This document shows positions 36,555-46,761 of a stretch of 62,530 nucleotides of DNA, piece by piece. Source of the DNA: an uncultured Nitrospiraceae bacterium (GTDB lineage: Bacteria; Nitrospirota; Thermodesulfovibrionia; Thermodesulfovibrionales; UBA9159); the NCBI GenBank assembly GCA_964475485.1, contig CAYYWY010000012.1:1-62530 (forward strand). Direction: 5' to 3'. Below the pieces are notes generated by a model. That model searched no databases. It was given only the letters and a program-made list of their open reading frames with translations, and was not told the DNA's origin. Position 1 is the stretch's first letter, and every line of letters begins with the position of its first letter. The position numbers and the translations under genes were made by a program.

Positions 36555-38098
36555 GAACGTCCGTCCTGCCTGAGAAGAAGATCGGACTCACGAGGGCCCC
36601 ATGAGCCTGCCCGGTAGTTAGGAAAATCTCCAGGCTTAACGTTTTCCCATCTTGCTATCAGGGGGTCGAGGATTTCCCACGTCGCCTCTATTCCGCCCTG
36701 CCTCGCAAAGAGGGTGAGGTCTCCCCTCATGCAGTCAACTAGAAGCCGTTCATAGGCGGGATGGGGCTTCGTATCAAAGGCGTCCTTGTAGCTGAATGCC
36801 ATGGCGACCGGATGGACCTTGTCCATCATGTGAGGATACTTTACGCCGAAGCGGATCAATATCTTTTCTTCCGGCTGGATCGTGAGTGCAAGGGCATTGG
36901 GTTCGAGGACATCGCAGGTCCTTCCGAAGAGCCGGAGGGGAGGCTGCTTGAACTGAATCCATATCTCCGTTACACGTCTGGCCAGGCGCTTCCCGGTTCT
37001 CACGTAGAAGGGAACCCCTGCCCATCTCCAGTTCGCGATGGAGAACCTCCCGGCAAAAAACGTTGGCGTCGTGGATTCCGGAGTTACCCCTTCTTCCTCC
37101 CTGTAGCCGGGGACATCGGCGCCCCGTACCTGTCCCGGGCCATACTGCCCCCTGACGGTGAAACGGTCGATATATTCGTCGTTCATGGGGTGAAGGGCAC
37201 GGAGTACTTTTTCCTTCTCGTCTCTGATGAAGTCTGCCTCGAATCCTATGGGCGGCTCCATGGCGACAAGGGCTATGAGCTGCATGATGTGGTTTTGCAC
37301 AATGTCCCTCACCACCCCGGTCTGCTCATAAAAACTGCCTCTCCGTTCAATCCCTATTTCTTCGGCCACCGTGATTTGGACGTTGTCGATATACCTGCTG
37401 TTCCAGAGGCGTTCGAATATGGCATTGGAGAAACGTAAGAAGATAATGTTCTGCACCGTCTCCTTGCCGAGGTAATGGTCGATACGATATATCTGGTCCT
37501 CTTCAAATGCGGCCTTAAGTATTCTATTGAGTTCCTTTGCGGAAGAAAGGTCATGTCCGAAGGGCTTTTCTACAATGATCTTGGTCTTGAGGTCCTCCCT
37601 GCAGGCGCAGAGGTCATGCTGCTTCAGCTTCCCGACCACAACTGGCACAGCCTGCGCTGGTACTGCCATGTAATATATGATCTCTCTCTTCCCTTCGTCT
37701 GTTGGAAGGGAGACGAAGGAGAGCCTTTCCGTGAGCGCGTCATAACTCACGTCCTCATCGAAACGTCCCGAAAGGAAAAAGACGTGTTCCGCAAACTCAT
37801 CCCATGCGCCTTCATCGAATGCTTCCTCGCCGAGCTCCCTTACCGCTTCCCTCATCATCGCCCTGTACTGTTCATCGCTGATCCGCCTCCTGCCGAAGCC
37901 GAGTATCGAGAACCCTCTTGAAAGTTCACCCTCGCGAAAAAGGTGAAACAGAGTGGGAAAGAGCTTTCGCCTTGCGAGGTCGCCGGTTCCTCCTGCGATG
38001 ACTAGTGTGAATGGCTCGATCCTATATGACTCCTCAGGAACCTCGCAGGGTTTGAGGAACTTGCCGGGGACGGGTACTCCTCCGATGCCTTCCTCCAT
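36539..38098 (-). CDS. zwf: Glucose-6-phosphate 1-dehydrogenase
   Basis: GGTGDLARRKL, EKPFG, RIDHYLGKE. Start ATG 38098 overlaps the gnd stop (TAATG). Confidence 0.96.
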   Translation of the reverse strand: MEEGIGGVPVPGKFLKPCEVPEESYRIEPFTLVIAGGTGDLARRKLFPTLFHLFREGELSRGFSILGFGRRRISDEQYRAMMREAVRELGEEAFDEGAWDEFAEHVFFLSGRFDEDVSYDALTERLSFVSLPTDEGKREIIYYMAVPAQAVPVVVGKLKQHDLCACREDLKTKIIVEKPFGHDLSSAKELNRILKAAFEEDQIYRIDHYLGKETVQNIIFLRFSNAIFERLWNSRYIDNVQITVAEEIGIERRGSFYEQTGVVRDIVQNHIMQLIALVAMEPPIGFEADFIRDEKEKVLRALHPMNDEYIDRFTVRGQYGPGQVRGADVPGYREEEGVTPESTTPTFFAGRFSIANWRWAGVPFYVRTGKRLARRVTEIWIQFKQPPLRLFGRTCDVLEPNALALTIQPEEKILIRFGVKYPHMMDKVHPVAMAFSYKDAFDTKPHPAYERLLVDCMRGDLTLFARQGGIEATWEILDPLIARWENVKPGDFPNYRAGSWGPRESDLLLRQDGRSWLTA

Positions 38099-39006
38099 TA
38101 CTTTCCCCGGTTCTTTTTCACTTCGTGTCCGCCGAACTGCCCTCTCAGCGCGGCGATCACCTTTGCGCTGAAGGACGATTCCTGGCGGGAACGGAACCTT
38201 TGGAGAAGTGAGAGGGTTATGACAGGGAGGGGAACGGATTCCTCGATCCCTTCCATCACCGACCACCTGCCTTCACCCGTATCTTCCACGTATCCTTTTA
38301 TTGATTCAAGTGAAGGGTCTTCCCTGAATACATTCACCGCAAGCTCAAGAAGCCAAGAGCGTACGACGCTCCCGTGGCTCCAGAGCTCGGCTATTTTTTC
38401 GAGGTCGAGGTCGAACTCCTTTTTGGCATTCATGAGTTCGAAGCCCTCGCCGTAGGCTTGCAAAAGTCCGTATTCGATGGCGTTGTGCACCATCTTTACG
38501 TAATGGCCGGAGCCGCTGGGACCGACGCGGGCATAACCGTTTTCCGGCGCAAGGGTTTTCAGGCAGGGCTCGACCCTTGCGAAGGCATCTTCTTCGCCCC
38601 CTACCATGAGGCAATAGCCTTCCTTCAGTCCCCATATGCCTCCGCTTGTGCCCGCATCTAGAAAGGAGATTCCGTTTGACTTAAGCAGCTCAGCCCTTTT
38701 TATGGAATCCTTGTAATAGGAGTTCCCGCCGTCAATGAGGATATCACCTTTGTCAAGGAGGGGGATCAACGAGCCAATGACATCCTCTGTGGCTTTTCCT
38801 GAAGGCACCATCAGCCAGACGACGCGCGGAGATTCGATTCCTTCGACCAGTTCATCAAGAGAGCCGACCACAAGCGCCCCGTTCCTTTCAGCTTCTTCCC
38901 GCGAGTCCTTTGAGGGAGCGAAGGCCACGATGATATGACCTCCCCTGAGAAGGCGTTTCACCATGTTGCCGCCCATCCTTCCAAGTCCCACAAAGCCGAG
39001 TTTCAT
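38098..39006 (-). CDS. gnd: 6-phosphogluconate dehydrogenase, short decarboxylating type
   Basis: GLGRMG, IDGGNS, GTSGG, GHYVKMVHNAIEY, RGQFGGH. Confidence 0.95.
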   Translation of the reverse strand: MKLGFVGLGRMGGNMVKRLLRGGHIIVAFAPSKDSREEAERNGALVVGSLDELVEGIESPRVVWLMVPSGKATEDVIGSLIPLLDKGDILIDGGNSYYKDSIKRAELLKSNGISFLDAGTSGGIWGLKEGYCLMVGGEEDAFARVEPCLKTLAPENGYARVGPSGSGHYVKMVHNAIEYGLLQAYGEGFELMNAKKEFDLDLEKIAELWSHGSVVRSWLLELAVNVFREDPSLESIKGYVEDTGEGRWSVMEGIEESVPLPVITLSLLQRFRSRQESSFSAKVIAALRGQFGGHEVKKNRGK

Positions 39007-39123
39007 CAGAAAACTCCTTTCACTTCATGAAATCGGATAATTTCATCTATACAAAGATTATCAGAATCCGCAACGGAAGTTAAGAGTCTGTATAAGCTGC
39101 GTCCACAATCATGTAATCCTCTC

Positions 39124-39167
39124 TTGACAAATGTATATAAAAATAATAGTGTATGTATATGCATACA
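39124..39167 (+). promoter_or_regulatory. vapBC promoter and operator
   Basis: TTGACA-17-TAGTGT; palindrome TGTATG-N6-CATACA at 39150-39167. Confidence 0.65.
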
Positions 39168-39181
39168 AGGAGGTTTCAGTT

Positions 39182-39376
39182 ATGAAGGCTTCAGTTAAAA
39201 TGACGTCTATAAGGCTTGATACAAAGCTTGCGGATGATGCGGTAAGAGCACTCGGCGCAAGAAGCAGAAGCGAAGCAGTGCATATCGCGTTAAGGGAGGT
39301 TGTGGCTCTTAAGAAATTCAAGGAATTGATGGCGAAGCAAGGTGGGAAACTGAAGTTTGAAGCCCATGGCAAATAG
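39182..39376 (+). CDS. vapB: VapB-family antitoxin (RHH-like)
   Basis: AAGGAGG RBS; TSIRLDTKL...SEAVHIALRE; overlaps the PIN gene. Confidence 0.85.
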   Translation: MKASVKMTSIRLDTKLADDAVRALGARSRSEAVHIALREVVALKKFKELMAKQGGKLKFEAHGK

Positions 39377-39776
39377 GATAATCATTTTTGACACTTCGGT
39401 CTTTATAGATCATCTGAGAACTAACAAGTATGCCGATCGTTTTCAGAATCTGAGCGGCCTTATAAGGAGCTCGTCCGTCGTTCTTGCCGAATTGACAAGG
39501 GGAGCAACAAACGGAATAGAGTTGGATTTTGTCTCGACGCTTCAGAAAAATCATCCGATTCTTACTCCAACAGAAAGGAATTGGATTGAATCGGGAAGAA
39601 TATTGCACTGGATTTGCAGAGACAGGGGATTCTCACCGGAAAAGCTGAGAGATATGCATTTTGACGTCCTCGTAGCACTCACGGCAAGAAATCACGGTGC
39701 GACCGTAATTACATCAAACAAGGCTGACTTTGAACTGATTAAACGCTACAGAGACTTTCATCTCGAAATCTGGTAA
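39366..39776 (+). CDS. vapC: VapC PIN-domain toxin
   Basis: IFDTSVFID, VLAEL, FDVLVA, TSNKADF acidic PIN residues. Confidence 0.9.
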   Translation: MANRIIIFDTSVFIDHLRTNKYADRFQNLSGLIRSSSVVLAELTRGATNGIELDFVSTLQKNHPILTPTERNWIESGRILHWICRDRGFSPEKLRDMHFDVLVALTARNHGATVITSNKADFELIKRYRDFHLEIW

Positions 39777-39780
39777 AAAG

Positions 39781-40917
39781 TTAGGTGCGAACTCTGTCCC
39801 TTTTCTTCGCAATCTCCTCGAGCAGAGCAAAATATGAGTCTGAGAAGGCCTTCACCCCTTCCTTCTCGAGCTGCTCCGTCACCTGAGGCATTCTGATCCC
39901 AAGGTTTTCCAGTTCACTGAAAAGAGCATCGGCCTCGTCAACCCCGTCCTCGATGGAGATCCTCACCTTTCCATGATCCTTAAGGGCATGGAAGGTCGCC
40001 TCAGGGACGGTGTTTATGGTGTCGGGGGCTTCCAGCTCTTCCACATACTTGACGTCGCTGTATTTCGGGTTCTTTGTGCCCGTGCTTCCCCAGAGGAGCC
40101 TCTGGATGTTCGCGCCCTTTTTCTTGAGGGATAGGAAACGTGGACTTGAGAATATCTTCTTGTACTCCCGGTAAGCGATCTTCGCATTTGCAACAGCCGC
40201 CCTTCCCATGAGCCCGGCGATCCTTCTTCTCTCTTCATCGGAGGATGCTGAAACGATGCGTTCTTCAAGGAACTTGTCGACGAGAGTATCGACCCTGCTT
40301 ACAAAAAAACTGGCAACTGATACGATCCCGCTTACATCCAATCCCTTCACGATACGCTTTTCAATGCCCTTGAGAAAGGATTCCACCACTTCCTTATAAC
40401 GTTCCACGGAAAAAAGGAGCGTCACATTGATATTGATCCCTTCTGAGGTGAGCTGTTCGATGGCCGGCAGGCCCTGTTTTGTTGCAGGGACCTTTACAAA
40501 GATGTTCTTTTTCCCGATTGCTGAGAAGAGGCGCCTCGCCTCCTGCATCGTAGCCTCAGTGTCATAGGCGAGGTCAGGGGAGACCTCAATGCTCACATAT
40601 CCGCTCAGGCACTTCGTTCCTCCGTATTCTCCCGAAAGAAGGTCTGCCGCATCCCTGATATCCTCAATGGCGAGACCAATAAAAAGCTCTTTTGGGTCGG
40701 TGATTCCCTTATTAAGCATGATACGCATCGATTCGTCATATGAGGTGCTTCCTGAGATGGCCTTCTGGAAGATGCTGGGATTTGAAGTGATCCCGGCGAT
40801 GCCATCCTCCTCTATCATGCTCCTCAGCTTCCCTGATGTGATAAGGTCACGGCTTAGGTTATCGAGCCATACGCACTGGCCAAGTTCCCGCAGCTTCTTG
40901 ATCGGATTCTCATTCAT
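39781..40917 (-). CDS. tal: Transaldolase (long, type 2)
   Basis: VWLDNLSR, TSNPSIF, VKVPAT, NVTLLFS, SFFVSRVD, STGTKNP. Confidence 0.95.
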   Translation of the reverse strand: MNENPIKKLRELGQCVWLDNLSRDLITSGKLRSMIEEDGIAGITSNPSIFQKAISGSTSYDESMRIMLNKGITDPKELFIGLAIEDIRDAADLLSGEYGGTKCLSGYVSIEVSPDLAYDTEATMQEARRLFSAIGKKNIFVKVPATKQGLPAIEQLTSEGININVTLLFSVERYKEVVESFLKGIEKRIVKGLDVSGIVSVASFFVSRVDTLVDKFLEERIVSASSDEERRRIAGLMGRAAVANAKIAYREYKKIFSSPRFLSLKKKGANIQRLLWGSTGTKNPKYSDVKYVEELEAPDTINTVPEATFHALKDHGKVRISIEDGVDEADALFSELENLGIRMPQVTEQLEKEGVKAFSDSYFALLEEIAKKRDRVRT

Positions 40918-41118
40918 CTTATGACTCCTTTATGTGCTGATTATCGACAATAAGGCTCTCTGATTATTCAATAGAGTAGCGGTACATCGTTATCGTCTAC
41001 TTAAAATCTACCAGATTCAGTGGCGGTTGTTAAGGACTTACCTCGGGAATGACGCCCTCGCAGGTTTTTTCGGGGCAATGACGGAAAAGACCGGGGCAGG
41101 GCAAGTCGCACAAATCCC

Positions 41119-41146
41119 TTGACTCTTGAAACGGAAATGGTAAGAT
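41119..41146 (+). promoter_or_regulatory. Putative sigma70 promoter of the Rieske-cytb-nuo operon
   Basis: TTGACT-16-TAAGAT with extended TG. Confidence 0.45.
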
Positions 41147-41221
41147 TTTTATTAGGTGTAAGGAGAAAGTTTTTGATGGGCTGCTTAAAGGTAGGGTGAG
41201 GCTAAGGAGGAATAACCTATC

Positions 41222-41752
41222 ATGAACAGTGCACGTCCGGAAGGTGATGATTTGCTGAACGCCACGCGTCGCAAGTTTCTCCAACTCGCTGTCGGAGTGC
41301 TTGCGGCTCTTAATGCCGTGGTGCTCGGGATCCCGTTTGTCGGTGCCCTTGTGAGGGCGGCCGTAAGAAGAAAGGCGGAATGGGCTAAGGTTGGCGATGT
41401 CGGATCCTTTCCAGAGGGCCAGCCTGTTGAAGTGAAGTTTCTCGTGCTTGCAGAGGATGCGTTCCATCATGAGCAGGCTCTCCATTCAGTGTGGGTGATC
41501 AAGCATTCTTCCGAAAAGTTGACTGTTTTCTCTCCCGTCTGTACTCATCTCGGCTGCCACTTCCTCTGGAATCCCAAGATCGAACGCTTTGCATGCCCCT
41601 GCCATGCGAGCCTTTTCTCTATCGAAGGGAAAGTCCTGTACGGTCCTGCGCCCCGCCCTCTGGACACGCTCGAACACAGGATAGAAAACGGCGTACTCTT
41701 CGTAAAGTGGCAGAGGTTTAAAGTAGGAACACCCTCGAAGGTGGCCGTTTAG
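41222..41752 (+). CDS. qcrA: Rieske iron-sulfur subunit of a quinol:cytochrome c oxidoreductase
   Basis: Tat motif TRRKFL plus TM; CTHLGC and CPCH boxes; GPAPRPL. Confidence 0.93.
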   Translation: MNSARPEGDDLLNATRRKFLQLAVGVLAALNAVVLGIPFVGALVRAAVRRKAEWAKVGDVGSFPEGQPVEVKFLVLAEDAFHHEQALHSVWVIKHSSEKLTVFSPVCTHLGCHFLWNPKIERFACPCHASLFSIEGKVLYGPAPRPLDTLEHRIENGVLFVKWQRFKVGTPSKVAV

Positions 41753-41761
41753 GAGGCGCGA

Positions 41762-43453
41762 ATGTTTGAAAAGACAAGACAATGGATAGAGGAGAGATGG
41801 CCGCTTTCCTCCCTCATACGTCTTTCTCTTGAGGAGGAGATACCGGGCGGCGCGCGGTTTGCTTATACACTTGGAAGCGCCATCCTTATAGTCTTCATAC
41901 TCCAGGCGGTGACTGGAATCATGCAGCTTTTTTTCTATGCCCCATCAACGGACCATGCTTACAATAGCGTCAGTTATTTGAGGACAAAGGTGCCTTTCGG
42001 ATGGCTTATCCACGGGCTCCACTACTGGGGGGCACAGGTCATGGTCATCCTTGTCCTGCTCCATATGACCCGCGTGTTCGTCTGGGGTGCATACAAGAAA
42101 CCGCGTGAACTTACCTGGCTTGCAGGGCTTGCCCTCTTTCTCACAATCATGGGTTTCAGTTTCACCGGGGGTCCCCTTCGCTGGGATCAGCGTGGGTACT
42201 GGATAGGCGACGTGAGTACAAGCATTGCGGGAACTGTTCCCATCCTTGGAGATGCCATGAAGAATTTGCTGCGCGGTGGTGAGGAGATGGGGCAGCTTGC
42301 ACTCTCGAGACTTTTTGCCGTCCATGTTGCAGTTCTTCCCGCAGGCCTTCTTGGGCTTTTCGGAATCCATATAATCGCGATGCGCCGGTTTGGAGCTGCC
42401 GGGCCCTGGAGGGAAGAAAAGAGGGCAACAAAGGGGTCCTTCTGGCCTGATCAGGTATTCAAGGATGCAGTTGCCGGAACCACGGTTTTCTTCCTGCTCA
42501 TAGCACTTGCGGTATTCCTGCCCCCGACATATTCTGGAATGGCCGATCCTCTTGATATCTCCTACATCCCGAAACCGGAATGGAACTTTCTCTTTCTATA
42601 TGAGTCCCTCAAGTATTTTGAGGGTCCCCTTGAACCAGTGGGCACTGTCGGAGTGCCGACTTTTCTTATCATGATCCTCGTCCTTCTGCCCTTTGTCGAC
42701 CGCAATCCTGTAAGAGATCCCCTGAGGCGGCCTATCGCAATGTTTGGCGCGCTCCTCCTCGCGGTGGTTGTCATCGGCCTGAGCATAAAAGGTTACATGA
42801 GCCCGGGTTTTGCTCAACCGCCCGGAGTCGAAAAGACCTCTGCTTTGAAGAAAGATCCATCACCTGTAACAGATTTGAGCCGGAGACTTCCTGGAGGAGT
42901 GAGTGAGACAGCACTCCCTGCCCCAGGTACTAAGGCATCATCGGTTCCTGCAACGACTCTTTCAGGAGCGGTTCCGGAGCGGGTTCAGCCAGGACGGGCA
43001 GCCTTCATTATCGGCAGTCCCGAACGGGGGGCAGAACTCTTCAAAAGAAACTGTTCCTCCTGTCACGGAGAAGGGGGAGCCTCGGGCGTTCCCAATCCTG
43101 GTTCTGCCGAAGGCAGAGTCCCGGACCTCAAACCTATCGACCATGAGCTCCATAGTCAGAATGCGCAGGTCTTCGCAGAAAATATTGACCGGTATGTTCA
43201 GCGTGGCGCGACGCCAGCGGGACCCGGCCCGGCCATAAGGATGCCTGCATTCGGCGACAGCACTACACTGACCCAGCAGGAGATAGCGAACATAGAGGCT
43301 TACGTTCTTTTTCTGAACGGTGTCGACCGTGCCCAGCTCGTAAACCCGGGTATTCAACCGCGCAATTTCTTCCTTCTTGCAACGGTGGCATACGGATTGA
43401 CAATCCTTATCCTTGGAGGGCTCTGGAACAAGAAATCCAGGAGCGAAGGCTGA
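41762..43453 (+). CDS. qcrB: Cytochrome b (b6 and subunit IV regions fused) fused to a monoheme cytochrome c
   Basis: Four heme-b His ligands, WDQRGYW, PKPEW, CSSCH with distal MPAF, C-terminal TM. Confidence 0.92.
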   Translation: MFEKTRQWIEERWPLSSLIRLSLEEEIPGGARFAYTLGSAILIVFILQAVTGIMQLFFYAPSTDHAYNSVSYLRTKVPFGWLIHGLHYWGAQVMVILVLLHMTRVFVWGAYKKPRELTWLAGLALFLTIMGFSFTGGPLRWDQRGYWIGDVSTSIAGTVPILGDAMKNLLRGGEEMGQLALSRLFAVHVAVLPAGLLGLFGIHIIAMRRFGAAGPWREEKRATKGSFWPDQVFKDAVAGTTVFFLLIALAVFLPPTYSGMADPLDISYIPKPEWNFLFLYESLKYFEGPLEPVGTVGVPTFLIMILVLLPFVDRNPVRDPLRRPIAMFGALLLAVVVIGLSIKGYMSPGFAQPPGVEKTSALKKDPSPVTDLSRRLPGGVSETALPAPGTKASSVPATTLSGAVPERVQPGRAAFIIGSPERGAELFKRNCSSCHGEGGASGVPNPGSAEGRVPDLKPIDHELHSQNAQVFAENIDRYVQRGATPAGPGPAIRMPAFGDSTTLTQQEIANIEAYVLFLNGVDRAQLVNPGIQPRNFFLLATVAYGLTILILGGLWNKKSRSEG

Positions 43454-43456
43454 GAC

Positions 43457-43849
43457 TTGGTGACGCTGGCTGCCCAGACCGCGCTCTGGCCTCTTGCCGT
43501 ATACTTCGGTGCGGCTGTTCTTCTGGTGACTGCGATGATAGGTCTCTCCTATGTCCTTGGGCAGAGGCACATGGGAAAGGCGACGGGCGAGCCCTATGAA
43601 TCAGGCATTGTCTCGACGGGCACGGCCCATGTGCGTTTCGACGTGAAGTTCTACCTTGTAGCGATGTTCTTCGTAATCTTCGATCTCGAGGCGATCTTCC
43701 TTTTCGCATGGGCTGTGGCTCTCAGAGAGGCCGGCTGGACCGGGTATATTGAGGTTCTCGTTTTTGTGACGATCCTGATGGCTGCACTGGTCTATCTATG
43801 GCGCATAGGCGCATTGGAATGGGGAACGTCAAAAAAGAAAAGAACATGA
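43457..43849 (+). CDS. nuoA: NADH-quinone oxidoreductase subunit A
   Basis: [18 protein letters not shown]. Confidence 0.96.
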   Translation: MVTLAAQTALWPLAVYFGAAVLLVTAMIGLSYVLGQRHMGKATGEPYESGIVSTGTAHVRFDVKFYLVAMFFVIFDLEAIFLFAWAVALREAGWTGYIEVLVFVTILMAALVYLWRIGALEWGTSKKKRT

Positions 43850-44451
43850 AGGAAAGAAGATATAAGAGCTCCGAAGAAGAAGCTGTAGGCAGGAGTGTTG
43901 TCCTTGCACAGCTTCAGGACCTCGTGGCCTGGAGCCGCAAGAACTCCATCTGGCCCTTTAATTTCGGTCTTTCGTGCTGCTTTGTCGAGATGGCGACGAG
44001 CATTACGAGCAAGTACGATATCGCCCGTTTCGGGTCCGAGGTGCTTCGCGGCACTCCGAGGGAAGCTGACCTTATGGTGATAGCCGGCACAGTTTTCATC
44101 AAAATGGCTCCGGTCATCAAGAGGCTCTATGATCAGATGATGGAACCAAGGTGGGTGGTCTCGATGGGATCCTGTGCTAACTCAGGGGGGATGTACGACA
44201 TCTATAGCGTGGTTCAGGGCGTGGACAGGTTTCTCCCTGTAGATGTGTACGTCCCTGGCTGTCCCCCGAGACCCGACGCCTTTCTGGAAGGAGTGCTCCT
44301 CCTGCGCGACGCGGTCGGAAAGGAGAGACGCCCCCTGAGCTGGGTAGTAGGTCCCCAGGGCATTATAAAGCCCGAAAGACCCTCAATTCGTGATATGAAG
44401 AGGGCTTCGAGACAGCAGGCCACAACACTCCGTTGCCCTGACGAGGTCTGA
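43846..44451 (+). CDS. nuoB: NADH-quinone oxidoreductase subunit B
   Basis: [30 protein letters not shown] overlap with nuoA. Confidence 0.96.
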   Translation: MKERRYKSSEEEAVGRSVVLAQLQDLVAWSRKNSIWPFNFGLSCCFVEMATSITSKYDIARFGSEVLRGTPREADLMVIAGTVFIKMAPVIKRLYDQMMEPRWVVSMGSCANSGGMYDIYSVVQGVDRFLPVDVYVPGCPPRPDAFLEGVLLLRDAVGKERRPLSWVVGPQGIIKPERPSIRDMKRASRQQATTLRCPDEV

Positions 44452-44460
44452 TTTCCCTCT

Positions 44461-46209
44461 ATGGAAAATACCCTGGATATCACACAGGAACTCCAGAACA
44501 GATTCGGCAAGGAAGAGGTAAGGCAGCAGGCAACTAAGGATAATATCACCACTCTCTGGGTGCCGAAGGACAAGGCTTGCGAGATTCTGAGGTATTTGAA
44601 AGAGGAAACTGAAAAACCGTTCAGGATGCTCTATGACCTTAGCGCCATAGACGAACGTGTCCGTTCCCATCGACCGGACCAGCCCGAATGCGATTTTACT
44701 GCTGTCTATCATCTGCTCTCTTATGAACGCAACGAAGATGTACGTATCAAGGTTGCGCTAAAGGGGGAATATCCTTCCCTCCCCAGTATCACTCGCATAT
44801 GGCCATCTGCCGACTGGTATGAACGTGAGGTCTGGGACATGTTCGGCATCACCTTTGAAGGACATCCGCATCTCAGGCGAATCCTTATGCCTCCTACATG
44901 GAAAGGCCATCCACTTCGTAAGGAGCACCCCGCACGTGCTACAGAGATGGAGCCCTTTCAGCTGCCAGAAGAAAAGGAGGAGGCGGAGCAGATGGCGCTT
45001 CAGTTCAGGCCTGAAGAGTGGGGTATGAGGAAGCGACACGAAGACACGGACTTCCTTTTTCTGAACCTCGGACCCCAGCATCCTGGAACCCACGGTCTTC
45101 TCCGGGTCATACTTGAACTGGACGGAGAGGAGATAGCAGGCTCGGTCATCGATATTGGTTATCATCACAGGGCTGCCGAGAAGATGGGTGAAAGGCAGTC
45201 ATGGCATACATATATCCCTTACACCGACAGGATCGACTACATGGGCGGAGTGATGAACAATCTCCCTTATGTCCTTGCAGTCGAGAAACTTGCAGGCATC
45301 AATGTTCCGGAAAGAGCGCAGGTGATACGGGTCATGATTGCCGAGATATTCAGGATCGTGAGCCATCTCGTATGGTACGGCACGTTTGCCCAGGATATAG
45401 GGGCACTCTCGCCCGTTTTTTATACCTTTAATGACAGGGAACGTGCCTTCTCGATCATTGAAGCGGTCTGCGGAGGAAGGATGCATCCGAGCTGGTTCCG
45501 TATCGGCGGTGTGGCGCAGGACCTTCCCAGAGGATGGGACAGGATGATTCGGGACTTCCTGGATTATCTGCCCCGGCGGCTTAAGGAATATGACAGGATG
45601 GTGATGCAGAACCGCATCTTTAAAGCCCGCACAAAAGGTATCGGCGGCTACACCCTCGATGAGGCGATAGAATGGGGAGTGACGGGCCCGGGCCTTCGTG
45701 CATGCGGTTTTGAATGGGACTTCAGAAGAAGGAGGCCATACTCAGGGTATGACCAGTTCGAATTCGACATTCCGACCGCCAGCAACGGCGATTGCTATGA
45801 CAGAGGGGTCGTGCGGGTGGAAGAGATGCGGCAGAGCCTCCGCATCATCGAGCAATGCATGAAGAACATGCCCTCAGGGCCTTACAAATCCGACCATCCC
45901 CTTGCAACTCCTCCCATGAAAGAGAGGACTATGTACGATATCGAGACCCTTATCACCCATTTTCTGAATGTGAGCTGGGGGCCCGTGATCCCGGAAGGTG
46001 AGGCAATGGTAAACATCGAAGCCACAAAGGGCAACAACGGGTATTACCTTGTAAGCGATGGCAATACCGTCCCTTACCGCGTACGCATCCGCACGCCTTC
46101 CTTCCCTCACCTCCAGATGGTGCCTTACATAAGCCGTGGCTTCATGGTCCCTGATCTCCTTGCTATCCTGGGAAGCATAGACTATGTGCTTGCGGATGTG
46201 GACAGGTAA
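44461..46209 (+). CDS. nuoCD: Fused NADH-quinone oxidoreductase subunit C/D
   Basis: [36 protein letters not shown] in one 582-aa ORF. Confidence 0.97.
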   Translation: MENTLDITQELQNRFGKEEVRQQATKDNITTLWVPKDKACEILRYLKEETEKPFRMLYDLSAIDERVRSHRPDQPECDFTAVYHLLSYERNEDVRIKVALKGEYPSLPSITRIWPSADWYEREVWDMFGITFEGHPHLRRILMPPTWKGHPLRKEHPARATEMEPFQLPEEKEEAEQMALQFRPEEWGMRKRHEDTDFLFLNLGPQHPGTHGLLRVILELDGEEIAGSVIDIGYHHRAAEKMGERQSWHTYIPYTDRIDYMGGVMNNLPYVLAVEKLAGINVPERAQVIRVMIAEIFRIVSHLVWYGTFAQDIGALSPVFYTFNDRERAFSIIEAVCGGRMHPSWFRIGGVAQDLPRGWDRMIRDFLDYLPRRLKEYDRMVMQNRIFKARTKGIGGYTLDEAIEWGVTGPGLRACGFEWDFRRRRPYSGYDQFEFDIPTASNGDCYDRGVVRVEEMRQSLRIIEQCMKNMPSGPYKSDHPLATPPMKERTMYDIETLITHFLNVSWGPVIPEGEAMVNIEATKGNNGYYLVSDGNTVPYRVRIRTPSFPHLQMVPYISRGFMVPDLLAILGSIDYVLADVDR

Positions 46210-46243
46210 GAGAGACAGAAGGAAGGGCATGCTTGAGGGTTTT

Positions 46244-46276
46244 CTTAGCCTCAACCTATGCCTCGACCTGAACCTT
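46244..46276. repeat. Degenerate hexamer tandem repeat
   Basis: CTTAGC CTCAAC CTATGC CTCGAC CTGAAC CTT between nuoCD and nuoE. Confidence 0.55.
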
Positions 46277-46290
46277 CAGGTTAAATAGAC

Positions 46291-46752
46291 ATGCTGACCG
46301 AAGATGAGAGACGTGACATAGGAAAAGAAATCCTGCGGAACGAGCGGAAAAGGGCTGCTGCCGTGGAAGCATTGAAGATCGTTCAGAGGCATAGGGGGTG
46401 GGTGTCGGATGAGATGGACGATATCGCGAGGGTTCTTGAGATAACCCCGGCGGAACTCGACGGAGTCGCCACATTTTACAGCCTCATCTTCAGAAGACCC
46501 GTGGGGAAACATGTGATTCTGATCTGCGATACTGTAAGCTGCTGGGTCATGGGATACGAAAAGATGCTGGAGCATCTGAAGAAACGTCTCGGTATAGGTC
46601 TTAATGAGACCACCTCCGACGGGCAGTTTACTCTCCTTCCTGTCGCCTGCCTCGGAGCGTGCGACCGTGCTCCTGCGATGATGATAGATGAGGTCCTCTA
46701 TACCGACCTCACTCCTGAGAGAATAGACGGGATACTCCAGGAATACCGATAG
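46291..46752 (+). CDS. nuoE: NADH-quinone oxidoreductase subunit E
   Basis: VATFY, CDTVSC, CLGAC N1a ligands. Confidence 0.96.
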   Translation: MLTEDERRDIGKEILRNERKRAAAVEALKIVQRHRGWVSDEMDDIARVLEITPAELDGVATFYSLIFRRPVGKHVILICDTVSCWVMGYEKMLEHLKKRLGIGLNETTSDGQFTLLPVACLGACDRAPAMMIDEVLYTDLTPERIDGILQEYR

Positions 46753-46761
46753 GAGAAGACA

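Noticed and set aside
38099-38266. N-terminal extension of Zwf in the ORF track
   Set aside because: It overlaps gnd; the ATG at 38098 gives a typical stop/start overlap.
41044-41084. GGGAATGAC and GCAATGAC motifs as an intact REP element or riboswitch
   Set aside because: Only right-hand halves are present, with no matching GTCAT arm or recognisable aptamer; at most decayed remnants.
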